From IMG/VR virus record IMGVR_UViG_3300047557_002530: DNA of 64,000 nt. One strand, written 5' to 3'. Numbering within the stretch: position 1 is the first letter of the stretch; every line of letters starts with the position of its first letter. The position numbers were made by a program, and so were the translations under genes. The notes beneath the pieces are model-generated. The model was given only the letters and a program-made list of their open reading frames with translations, had not been told where the DNA came from and did no database searches. The DNA is from a virus (taxonomy: Duplodnaviria; Caudoviricetes). Below, piece after piece: positions 34,875 through 44,682 of the stretch.

Positions 34875-35669
34875 ATGTATTCTCCAAGAATATACACATA
34901 TAAGATTACCTTTGAAGAAGTTCCTTATTACTATTATGGTAGTAAGAAAGAAAAGTATTTTGATGAAGAGTATTGGGGTTCTCCTATAACAAACAAATGG
35001 TGTTGGGAACTTTATACTCCAAAGAAGCAGATACTAGAAATATTTGATTATACTGATGAAGGATATATAAAAGCACAAGAAGTTGAAAAAAGATTAATTA
35101 GACCAGTTCTCAATGACTTTTGGTGTTTGAATGAAAATGTTGGTGGAATAATTTCAATAAGACTATGTAAGGAAGGTGGTAAAAAGGGTTATGAGCAAGG
35201 TATTTTAAAGTCAAAACATTTGTTAAGTGATTATGGGAAAAAAGGTGGAAAAATCGCAGGAGAAAAGAACAAACAAAATAAAATAGGAATATGTGGATTA
35301 AGTTATGAGGAAAGGTCTTCTTACGGAAAAAAGTTAAAAGAAAATAAGATAGGAATTCATAATTTATCTTCAAAAGAATTATCAAGTGCAGGAAAAAAAG
35401 GATATAAAAACGGTTTAAGTAAATTGAGTAAAGAAGAGAGAATAGAGAAAATAAAAAAAGCACATTTGAAAAATCATAAGTTTATATTTACTTTAATATC
35501 TCCTACTAGTGAAGTCATTGAAACAATATATTTGTCGGATATTTGTAAAAAATTTAATTTAGACAGAGATTGTATGTGCAGAGTTTCTAGAGGAGAAAGA
35601 CCTCAACATAAAGGATGGAAAGTAACCAGAAAATTAAAAGATGCCAACAAATATGCACAAACCCCATAA
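34875..35669 (+). CDS. Putative GIY-YIG (Seg-like) homing endonuclease
   Basis: IYTYKITF...YYYYGSK...YWGS; E..LI; C-terminal CRVSRGERPQHKGWK DNA-binding motif. Confidence 0.7.
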   Translation: MYSPRIYTYKITFEEVPYYYYGSKKEKYFDEEYWGSPITNKWCWELYTPKKQILEIFDYTDEGYIKAQEVEKRLIRPVLNDFWCLNENVGGIISIRLCKEGGKKGYEQGILKSKHLLSDYGKKGGKIAGEKNKQNKIGICGLSYEERSSYGKKLKENKIGIHNLSSKELSSAGKKGYKNGLSKLSKEERIEKIKKAHLKNHKFIFTLISPTSEVIETIYLSDICKKFNLDRDCMCRVSRGERPQHKGWKVTRKLKDANKYAQTP

Positions 35670-35691
35670 ATACTCAAAATCATTGAAAATT

Positions 35692-35895
35692 ATGACTGAA
35701 CAACAACAACATTTATCTCAAGCACTTGAACAACAAAAAGACGTTGTTAATGACATCAACAATCTTACAAATCAACTAACAGTTAAAAAAGAACTTGCTC
35801 TTAAACTTCAAGGTATTATTGAATATCTAGATCAGATTGGAGTGACACTTCCTGATGGGGAAGAAGAAGAGGAAACAGAAGAACAAAGTGCTTGA
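35692..35895 (+). CDS. Small coiled-coil protein
   Basis: CATAAATA late promoter upstream; heptad pattern. Confidence 0.6.
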   Translation: MTEQQQHLSQALEQQKDVVNDINNLTNQLTVKKELALKLQGIIEYLDQIGVTLPDGEEEEETEEQSA

Positions 35896-35990
35896 CATTC
35901 GACTAAATTATGTTATAATATAAGAGCGATACAATTCGCAGTGACCCAAAAAGTGTGACTTCAGAACCCTCTTTTAGAGGGTTTTGTTGT
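35892..35990 (+). ncRNA. Candidate small RNA unit (promoter, about 60 nt without an ORF, terminator)
   Basis: TTGACA (35892)...TGTTATAAT (35911-35919); terminator aaccctct-ttt-agagggtt (35965-35983). Confidence 0.35.
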
Positions 35991-36051
35991 ATGTAAATAC
36001 CAATAATAGATGGTGATAAATAATCTATAACGGAACTTATAAAAAAATAAA

Positions 36052-39000
36052 ATGGGATTAAGTCGTCTTGATAATTTTCTCAAAAACACCCGAGGGGAAA
36101 TTTTATATGTAGATCCTTCAAATGCTGACTCTACAGATTCTGTAGAAAATCGTGGAAATAGTTTAACAAGGCCATTTTCCACAATTCAGCGTGCTTTAAT
36201 TGAAGCATCAAGGTTCTCCTACCAGCGTGGTTTGGATAATGATAGATTTGGTAAGACTACCATTATGCTCTATCCAGGAGAGCACATCGTTGATAACCGT
36301 CCTGGATGGATTCCACTAAGTCCAAATGGTGGAACATTCCAGACAAGATCTGGGGAGATCGCAACAGACTTCCAACCATTTGACTTAACAACAAACTTTG
36401 ATATCAACTCAGATAGCAATATCCTTTATAAGTTCAATAGCATTAGTGGGGGTGTTATTCTTCCTCGCGGTACTTCTCTTGTTGGTCTTGATCTAAGAAA
36501 GACAAAGATTCGTCCTAAGTATATTCCAGATCCACAGAATACGAATATTGAAAGAGCAGCAATCTTTAGACTGACTGGTATTTGCTATCTCTGGCAGTTT
36601 AGTGTTCTTGATGCAGATCCAAATGGTTCTTGCTATAAAGATTATACCTCAAACTCATACGTTCCCAACTTCTCCCACCATAAACTCACTGCATTTGAAT
36701 ATGCAGATGGTGTGAATAATATCAATATTAATGATGCCTTCCTAACATACTCTTCAAATAAAACTGATCTTGATGCATACTATGAGAAGATTGGTATTGC
36801 ATATGGTCCTTCGAGTGGCAGAGAGATTCCACCTGAAACCACTGGTTCACCACTTGATATTCAACCAAAGATTGATGAATTTCGTATCGTTGGTTCAAAG
36901 GGAGGTAATGTTGGAATCACAAGTATCAAGGCAGGTGATGGTGTAGTATCAACCAATGTTATTACAGTTACACTAGAACCAAATGAACTTGGATTAGATG
37001 TAGATACACCAATTCGTATTGAAGGTATTAACTCTACAGGTTATGATGGACAGTTTGTTGTCAGTGAAGTTTTAAGTTCTACTCAAATTAAGTATCAAGT
37101 ATCAAACCCACCAGTTACTGCACTTCCTGCGGTAACTGGATCAACTCTGAATATTACTGTTGATACTGTTACATCAGCATCTCCATATGTCTTTAATATT
37201 TCATTGCGTTCTGTTTATGGAATGTGTGGTCTTCATGCTGATGGAAATAAGGCAGATGGATTTAAGTCAATGGTCGTGGCACAGTTCACGGGTATTGGAC
37301 TTCAAAAGGACGATAATGCATTTGTAAAGTATAATACAACATCTGGTCTTTATGAAGATAATACTGTAAGTGGTAATGAGAATATTCATACAGACTCTAG
37401 AGCAAGATTTAAACCAGAGTATGAAAACTATCACATTAAGTGTTCAAATGACTCATTTATCCAGGTAGTTTCTGTTTTTGCGATTGGTTTTGCACTTCAC
37501 TTTGTTACCGAAAGTGGCGGTGACCTATCAATCACAAACTCCAACTCAAACTTTGGCGCAAAGTCTCTAGCATCTTCTGGATTTAGAATCGATTCCTATC
37601 CAAGAGATGATGTTGGTTACATTACACATATCATCCCACCAAAAGAGTTTGAACCCACAGAAACTGCTCTTGAATTTTCTTCAATTGATGTAGCAAAAAC
37701 AGTTGGTATTGCGTCTACTAATAGACTTTATCTTTATAATGAAATCAACCCATCTATTCCTCCTGATAATGTCATTGAGGGATATCGTATTGGTGCAAAA
37801 ACAAATGACCAACTGAATGTTCTTCTGTCGCAAGCAGGAGTTACAACACAGTACTCGGCAAGAATCATTATGCCAAGTACTCAATATAGTGGAAATGAAA
37901 TATCTTCTGAGAAATCGTATCGCGTTAATATTAGCGGCAGTTCTAATGATATTTCAAGCAATATTATTACTCTAACGACAACTCATTCACTCATCAATGG
38001 TGAGACTGTAAGAGTAATTAGTAGCAACGGACAACTCCCAGATGGTCTATCTGCAAATCAAGTGTATTATGCAATTACTAGTGGACTATCTGCAAACCAG
38101 TTGAAGTTAGCACAAACATTAAATGATGCTTTGGATGCTTCTGCAATTACAATTAATAATAAGGGTGGTATTCTCACAGTCATAAGTAGAGTATCTGACA
38201 AGAATTCTGGTGATATTGGACATCCTATTCAATATGACACCACCCAAAATCAATGGTATGTTAATGTTGGAACAGCAGCAACAGATAATAGCATTTATTC
38301 CACATTAGTTGGTCTGGGTACTGCAGGTCTTGGTGCTGCAACCCCAAGAACATTTATTGTTCGTAAATCAGATACGAGACCACTAAACGATTCTATTTAC
38401 AGAGTTCGTTATGTAATTCCAAAGGATGCTGCAACAACTGCAAGACCACCATCAGATGGATTTATTCTTCAGGAGTCTAGTTCTACTTTAGGATCTACAA
38501 ATACTGAAATCGCATATCAATTTAATCCATCACCCGTTACAATTGCAAATGTAACAAATCTAAGAAATCAAAGAATCATTGCAAATGCAACTTGGGATGG
38601 TAGCAATGTTAATGTTATTACTGAACTTCCTCATGATTTGAGTGTTGGTTCTCAGGTTAAGATTGTGAACGTAACCAGCACAGCAAATCTTGCTGGTGTT
38701 GCTAATTCTGCATATAATGGAACGTTTACAGTTGCTGGAATCAGTAGTTCTAAGCACTTTAGTTATGCTCTTACTTCTAATCCTGGATCATTTACTAATA
38801 ATATTTCTGATCGTACCACATCTCTTCCATACTTCCAGAGAAAGAGATACAATAATACGTATTTGATTTACAGAACACAAGAAGTCAAGAAGTATATTAA
38901 GAACGAGCAAGATGGAATTTATCATCTAACACTAGTTAACTCTTCCAACTCACCTAATGTATCCCCATTTACTAATTTAAAATTTATTCAGCCAGTTGTA

Positions 39001-41508
39001 AATCTATATCCACAATTAAATAGGGATAATCTTGTTTCTGATCCAGATCAATCTGCAAGTTATGCTCTTCCAGAACCAATCGGTCAAGTTGTTATTGATG
39101 AACCACAGAATAGTCTCACGAAAGAAACTATTCAAAAAGCGATTGGAGACTTTAACGTTGGGTTTGGTATTACAAACGTAGTATCAAATGCTACAGGAAC
39201 CGCTCACACAATTTTCTCCGAAATCGATCACGGTCTGAATAGAGCAACTGGTCTGAGTATTGTTACTGGTGGTTCCGGTTATGGGGTTGGAGTTGGTACA
39301 GAATACTATTATAATGTAAAACTTGTGGGCGAACCTGGAACAGGTCAGAATGCAACTGCAAGAATTAAAGTTGACTCTGGTGTTATCACTGGCGTCAAGA
39401 TTATGGATGGTGGTAGTGCATTTGGTATAGGAAATACACTTGCTGTTGTTGGTGTTGCAACCACTACAGGATATTCTGTTGGTGTTGTGAGTGTAACATC
39501 AATTTATAGTAACACCGATGAGATTATCAAGATTAGTGGAATTTCTTCTCTTGGATATAGGAGTTACAATACTCTTTATCGTATTACTGGTGTTACCGCA
39601 GGAAACACAAAACAAGTCGAAGTTGCTCCTATTTCTACAGTAAGTCCAGAAGCACAATCTGGTTTGGGGGCATTAATTACTTCAGACGCTACTGGTTCTC
39701 TGATTGGTAAAGCAATTGGTGTTTCTTCGCTTACTTATAATGCAACAACTGGAATTGGAATTGTTACTACATCTAATAATCACGGATTCCAAGTCAATAA
39801 TGTTATTTCTTTAGGTGGTGCTACAAATTCACTTTACAATGGATCATTCATTGTAAAGCAAGTTAATAGTCTTACTTCATTCTCTATTAATGTTGGAGTT
39901 GGTACAACAGCACCAGTTGGATCTGGTGCAATCTATGCTTATAGAAGAGGAGTTGCTGCGAATGCAGGAACAATATCAGTCGAGAATGAAAATATTGGTG
40001 GACGTTTAGTTACTAAGTATGATAATGTAACAACTAATCTTTCCGCTGCTGTTACTGGTCCTACTGTAGGAACCATTACAATTCCAGTATCTGGTCTAGA
40101 TCTGAATGTTGGAGATTATCTTGAGATTGATGATGAGATTGTAAGAATTAAAACAACTGTCAGTAGTGATGTAGTCTCTGTTTATAGGGGTGTTCTTGGA
40201 ACTCCAAGTGCCTCACATCTATCTGGCGCAACAGTTAGAAGAATTAAACCACTTCCTGTTGAACTAAGAAGACACTCAATCATTCGTGCTTCAGGACACA
40301 CATTTGAGTATGTCGGTTATGGACCTGGTAACTACTCAACTGCATTCCCAGATCGTCAGGATCGTCAGATTTCTGCACAAGAAGAACTGATTTCTCAATC
40401 ATTTAAGTCTGATGGTGGTATCAACTTCTTCACTGGAATGAATGATAAAGGTATCTCATATTCTGGTAATAAGAAGTTAAGTACGATTACCGGACAAGAA
40501 GAAATCTTTGACACTCCAATTCAAACAGTAACTGGAGAAGACATTACAAGTCAGGCTTCTATCAACGTTATTAATCCAGTAGAGGGTAACTTCAGCAACT
40601 CAATCCGTGTTGAAGGTGGTCCAAACAATAAGGTTGTTTCTAAGTTTGATGGTCCAGTAGTCTTTACAAATAAGGTTACTTCAACCTCATCAAAAGGAAT
40701 GGAGGCAACTTCGCTCTTCTTACAGGGCGATGCAACTATTTCCAGAAAGTACACTGTTGGTATTTCAACTCCAACAAATGCGGGTAACCCAGGAGATGTT
40801 GTTTATCAAGCAACACCAGAAAGTGGGGGAACTGCTGGATGGATTTATACTGCAGATAATAACTGGAGAAGATTTGGTCCAGTAAGCACTTCAACTACTA
40901 GTGTCAATCTAACAGTAAATCAAGTCACATCCAACTCATTTATTGGAACATTTAGCGGTGATGGTTCTGGTCTGACTAATGTTTCTGACATTTGGAGAAC
41001 TGATCCTGTTGGCGTCCACACGTCAACTCCGATTGGTATTGGCACTACTGGCGCAAAAGCAGGATTTGGTCTATACGTTGAAGGAAGCACTTCAATTAAT
41101 GGTACACTGAGAGTTTATGAAATTATTGAAACTGCTACGATTAGTGCTGGTATTTTAACCGCAACCACAGTTCAGAATATTGATCTGGGTGATAATAATG
41201 TTTATTACTTTACTTCAGCGGCACAAGGTAACTGGACTCTGAACTTTAGAAGTAATGCATCACAAACCCTAAATGACTTTTTGAATGTTGGCGAATCAAT
41301 GACCGTTGCAGTAATGACAACTCAAGGTGCAACTCCATATTACAATAACATTGTTCAAATTGATGGGGCAACTCAGACAGTTAAATATTATGGTGGTGTC
41401 CCAATTACTTCGGGCAATGCAAACGGAATTGACTTGTATACCTACGTAATTATTAAGACTGCGGCAAATACATACACCGTTCTTTATTCACAATCTCAAT
41501 ACAGTTGA
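36052..41508 (+). CDS. Giant virion structural/tail-fibre protein (1818 aa)
   Basis: Begins MGLSRLDNFLK; beta-rich; GSGYG repeats; FSGDGSGLTN shaft motif. Confidence 0.8.
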   Translation: MGLSRLDNFLKNTRGEILYVDPSNADSTDSVENRGNSLTRPFSTIQRALIEASRFSYQRGLDNDRFGKTTIMLYPGEHIVDNRPGWIPLSPNGGTFQTRSGEIATDFQPFDLTTNFDINSDSNILYKFNSISGGVILPRGTSLVGLDLRKTKIRPKYIPDPQNTNIERAAIFRLTGICYLWQFSVLDADPNGSCYKDYTSNSYVPNFSHHKLTAFEYADGVNNININDAFLTYSSNKTDLDAYYEKIGIAYGPSSGREIPPETTGSPLDIQPKIDEFRIVGSKGGNVGITSIKAGDGVVSTNVITVTLEPNELGLDVDTPIRIEGINSTGYDGQFVVSEVLSSTQIKYQVSNPPVTALPAVTGSTLNITVDTVTSASPYVFNISLRSVYGMCGLHADGNKADGFKSMVVAQFTGIGLQKDDNAFVKYNTTSGLYEDNTVSGNENIHTDSRARFKPEYENYHIKCSNDSFIQVVSVFAIGFALHFVTESGGDLSITNSNSNFGAKSLASSGFRIDSYPRDDVGYITHIIPPKEFEPTETALEFSSIDVAKTVGIASTNRLYLYNEINPSIPPDNVIEGYRIGAKTNDQLNVLLSQAGVTTQYSARIIMPSTQYSGNEISSEKSYRVNISGSSNDISSNIITLTTTHSLINGETVRVISSNGQLPDGLSANQVYYAITSGLSANQLKLAQTLNDALDASAITINNKGGILTVISRVSDKNSGDIGHPIQYDTTQNQWYVNVGTAATDNSIYSTLVGLGTAGLGAATPRTFIVRKSDTRPLNDSIYRVRYVIPKDAATTARPPSDGFILQESSSTLGSTNTEIAYQFNPSPVTIANVTNLRNQRIIANATWDGSNVNVITELPHDLSVGSQVKIVNVTSTANLAGVANSAYNGTFTVAGISSSKHFSYALTSNPGSFTNNISDRTTSLPYFQRKRYNNTYLIYRTQEVKKYIKNEQDGIYHLTLVNSSNSPNVSPFTNLKFIQPVVNLYPQLNRDNLVSDPDQSASYALPEPIGQVVIDEPQNSLTKETIQKAIGDFNVGFGITNVVSNATGTAHTIFSEIDHGLNRATGLSIVTGGSGYGVGVGTEYYYNVKLVGEPGTGQNATARIKVDSGVITGVKIMDGGSAFGIGNTLAVVGVATTTGYSVGVVSVTSIYSNTDEIIKISGISSLGYRSYNTLYRITGVTAGNTKQVEVAPISTVSPEAQSGLGALITSDATGSLIGKAIGVSSLTYNATTGIGIVTTSNNHGFQVNNVISLGGATNSLYNGSFIVKQVNSLTSFSINVGVGTTAPVGSGAIYAYRRGVAANAGTISVENENIGGRLVTKYDNVTTNLSAAVTGPTVGTITIPVSGLDLNVGDYLEIDDEIVRIKTTVSSDVVSVYRGVLGTPSASHLSGATVRRIKPLPVELRRHSIIRASGHTFEYVGYGPGNYSTAFPDRQDRQISAQEELISQSFKSDGGINFFTGMNDKGISYSGNKKLSTITGQEEIFDTPIQTVTGEDITSQASINVINPVEGNFSNSIRVEGGPNNKVVSKFDGPVVFTNKVTSTSSKGMEATSLFLQGDATISRKYTVGISTPTNAGNPGDVVYQATPESGGTAGWIYTADNNWRRFGPVSTSTTSVNLTVNQVTSNSFIGTFSGDGSGLTNVSDIWRTDPVGVHTSTPIGIGTTGAKAGFGLYVEGSTSINGTLRVYEIIETATISAGILTATTVQNIDLGDNNVYYFTSAAQGNWTLNFRSNASQTLNDFLNVGESMTVAVMTTQGATPYYNNIVQIDGATQTVKYYGGVPITSGNANGIDLYTYVIIKTAANTYTVLYSQSQYS

Positions 41509-41519
41509 GGAGAAAATAA

Positions 41520-44500
41520 ATGAGTCCACTTCTAGGTGCTTTAGGCGATTCATCGGAATATGCCTATAGAGGAACACTTGATGATGTACCTGCTGATTTT
41601 AACTTTACGGATGTAACTAATGCAGAACCTGGAACTGCACACACAACAGGACCAGTTACAATCACTGGTCTTAATAATAAGGTCAGAGTTTCAGTGAGTG
41701 CAGGTGCATCAATTGCTGTTAATAGTGGCATCTTTACAAGTGGACCTTCATTTGTAAGAAGTGGAGAAACAATTGCACTTTACATTCCAACAACATCTGG
41801 AAATGATGTTGATTTTGGTAAAACATACTCAGTAACTGCAACTGTAGGAAAAACTTCAAAAGTTTGGACAGTAAAGACAAGAGATAAGGATTCTTTACCT
41901 GATGCATTTTCTTTTACAAATTCTACAAATCAAGAACTTGGTATTACTTCAACAAGTAACGCCATTACAGTTTCTGGTTTAGATTCCACAGTTTTTTCAA
42001 ACGCATCAATTACTTCTGGTATTGGTTCATTTAGAAAAAATGGCGGTGTTCCAGGAACAGCAACAACTATTGGAAATGGTGATACCATCGCAATTGTATT
42101 GCAAGGACCTACTGATTATTCAAAAACAAATACAACTGCAATTACTGTTGGTACTTATACAACAACATATTCTGTTTCTACAAGACCAGCAGATACAACC
42201 GTAAATCAATTTGTGTTTAATAACTATACAAATGTTGCCATATCATCAGCATTCGATAGCAACTCGATTACATTGAGTGGAGCAGACCCTGATACTTTCC
42301 TTGCACCTGTTCCTTTAACTGCGACAGTCTCTGGTGGATTTTTAAGAGTTGTAAGAGGTTCTAGCACTGTAAGAGACTTTAGTGCCGACTCTACAACAGT
42401 CTATAATGGAGATATTCTCACTTTAAAGGTTAATTCTTCTGCAAGTTATAGCACAACAACAAGTGCAACATTAAGAGTCACTGGAGCAAATGATGCTGTC
42501 GGTATTTCGAGTACCTTTAGTGTCACCACAAGACCTATTGTAAGTGATACTATTGTTAATCAATTTCAGTTAGTTGATAAATCCGGACAAGGAAGAAACA
42601 TTGCAGTAATCAGTGATCCAATTACTATTTCTGGTATTACAACTCACGCTGATGATTCTGCATTTGTTTTTCTTACAAATAATAATGATGGTGCTCAGTT
42701 TAGAATCAGAAGAAATGGTGTAGTAGTTAGAGATTTTAGTTCAAGTGATGGTAGTGTTCGTAATGGTGATGTTGTCGATGTAAGAATTACAACATCACCT
42801 GCATCAGAAGGCACTGTTCTTACTAATGTTAATATTGCAGGTACAGATAATAGTGATATTAATAATATTATACAGCAAACAAGAAGTGATACTTGGGTTG
42901 TCCAAAGTGCTAGAAGAAATTGTCCCCTAGTTGCTCCAACTTTAAATAGTATCACTGGTATCGAACCATCATCATTGCAATCAGTTACCTTTATTCCAAC
43001 AAGTTATGATAGTGATTGTAATGTAGTTGTTAATACATCAAATGCGAACTCATATCTTAGTGTCAATGGAACGACCGGTAATAATCTTGTAGTTCTCCCT
43101 GGTGTTGCTTGTACTGTTTTTATGACAGCAGGTACGTTTTCTGAAACAAGAACAACTACTGTCACATTAACTGCAAATAATAATGTCCCAACTCCAACAT
43201 CAACATCAACAACTTGGTCAATTACTCCCAGAAGTATTACCAATCCAACAGTAACACTTACCGCAAGTCCGGCAAGTGTTACTTGTAATCAAAATACTAC
43301 ACTTATTTGGTCTTCTACTGGCGCAACTAAAATTACAACAAATGGATTCGTTGGAGTTACTACTTCCGGTTCATTATCTGTTGGGCCACTAAAAGTAAAT
43401 ACAACATACTCTATTACTGCAACTGGAACTGATAACACGACGACAACAGCATCTGCAACAGTTTTAGTAAATACAACAGCTACTGCAACATTACAAGCAA
43501 GTTCAACTAACATTTCATATAATGGTAGTGTGACATTAACTTGGTCAACTTCAAATGCAAGTAGTGTAGTTTCTAATTTTGGTGCAACCGCATCTTCAGG
43601 TTCTATTACAATAAACAATTTAAAATCATCTCAAACTTATACACTTCGCGCAATATCTAATGGTGGTTGTGCGGATTCTCCAACTCAAAGTGTAACGATT
43701 AATGTTGCTGCTTGCGCTGAAGACATACAAAATGATACGGATTATCCTGGTATTAATTTGAGATATACTTATGCAGATCCTGGAAATGGATTTAATTATT
43801 ATTTTTCTGGATTGAGTGGTAGTGGAACTGGCAATGCTTCTAGAACTGCAAGAAGTGATACTGGCGATTTTTATGCTAGTGGAAATACTCCTGGATATGC
43901 TTATCAATGCTATTCCCAAAATCCATATAATGATAACTCTCCGGATTACGGTGAATGGACGGTCCCCCAAGGCGTAAGTTCAGTTTTGATTTATGCATCT
44001 GCCGGAGGAGGAGGTGGTGGTGGAGGAGGACCTGTTTTACCTGGGGGTAGAGGTGGAAATGGATCATTAGCAATCTTTACATATCCTTGCAGTCCTGGGC
44101 AAAAGTTTTATTGGAATTTTGGTGCAGGTGGTGTTGGCGGTAATGCAATGTCATCCGGCAATACTCCAAATAATGGTGGTAGCGGATGTTATGCAGGACC
44201 TGGTTGGAACTGTTATGTTCGTAATAATGATGGACAACAACTTGCTGGATGTCAAGGAGGAGGCGGTGGAGGAAGAAATATTAATGGTCCTACTTTTGGG
44301 GGCAGTGTAATATCAGGTGGTTCTTTTTATCCTGGCGGTGGATCAAACGGCGGTAACGGAGGTGAATTAAATTCTCCAGGAAGTCCCGGAAGTCCTGCTT
44401 ATGTCTACTTCCAATACACTGTCAACATTGAAGGTGCTTCTTGGAGCACACTAATAAATGCAATTAATAATCAATACAGAAGTTCTTTTGGTCGTCCACC

Positions 44501-44645
44501 ATCAATAAGTGAAATGGACTATTGGATAGGACAATATATTTCTTATAATATAGATAGTGTTTCTCAAGTTCAATCCCTAATATCTACATCAGGCGCATAC
44601 AGATCATCGACAGGTGCAGTAAGTGAATGCGGTAGAACGTTGTAA
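41520..44645 (+). CDS. Tail-fibre/adhesin-like protein with Ig-like repeats and a Gly-rich domain
   Basis: Repeated D..P..F.F modules; TLTASP..V...TL.WS repeats; GGGGGGGGP. Confidence 0.75.
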   Translation: MSPLLGALGDSSEYAYRGTLDDVPADFNFTDVTNAEPGTAHTTGPVTITGLNNKVRVSVSAGASIAVNSGIFTSGPSFVRSGETIALYIPTTSGNDVDFGKTYSVTATVGKTSKVWTVKTRDKDSLPDAFSFTNSTNQELGITSTSNAITVSGLDSTVFSNASITSGIGSFRKNGGVPGTATTIGNGDTIAIVLQGPTDYSKTNTTAITVGTYTTTYSVSTRPADTTVNQFVFNNYTNVAISSAFDSNSITLSGADPDTFLAPVPLTATVSGGFLRVVRGSSTVRDFSADSTTVYNGDILTLKVNSSASYSTTTSATLRVTGANDAVGISSTFSVTTRPIVSDTIVNQFQLVDKSGQGRNIAVISDPITISGITTHADDSAFVFLTNNNDGAQFRIRRNGVVVRDFSSSDGSVRNGDVVDVRITTSPASEGTVLTNVNIAGTDNSDINNIIQQTRSDTWVVQSARRNCPLVAPTLNSITGIEPSSLQSVTFIPTSYDSDCNVVVNTSNANSYLSVNGTTGNNLVVLPGVACTVFMTAGTFSETRTTTVTLTANNNVPTPTSTSTTWSITPRSITNPTVTLTASPASVTCNQNTTLIWSSTGATKITTNGFVGVTTSGSLSVGPLKVNTTYSITATGTDNTTTTASATVLVNTTATATLQASSTNISYNGSVTLTWSTSNASSVVSNFGATASSGSITINNLKSSQTYTLRAISNGGCADSPTQSVTINVAACAEDIQNDTDYPGINLRYTYADPGNGFNYYFSGLSGSGTGNASRTARSDTGDFYASGNTPGYAYQCYSQNPYNDNSPDYGEWTVPQGVSSVLIYASAGGGGGGGGGPVLPGGRGGNGSLAIFTYPCSPGQKFYWNFGAGGVGGNAMSSGNTPNNGGSGCYAGPGWNCYVRNNDGQQLAGCQGGGGGGRNINGPTFGGSVISGGSFYPGGGSNGGNGGELNSPGSPGSPAYVYFQYTVNIEGASWSTLINAINNQYRSSFGRPPSISEMDYWIGQYISYNIDSVSQVQSLISTSGAYRSSTGAVSECGRTL

Positions 44646-44682
44646 GAACCATAAATAAAGAAAAGGTAGGCGTTCTCCTCCA

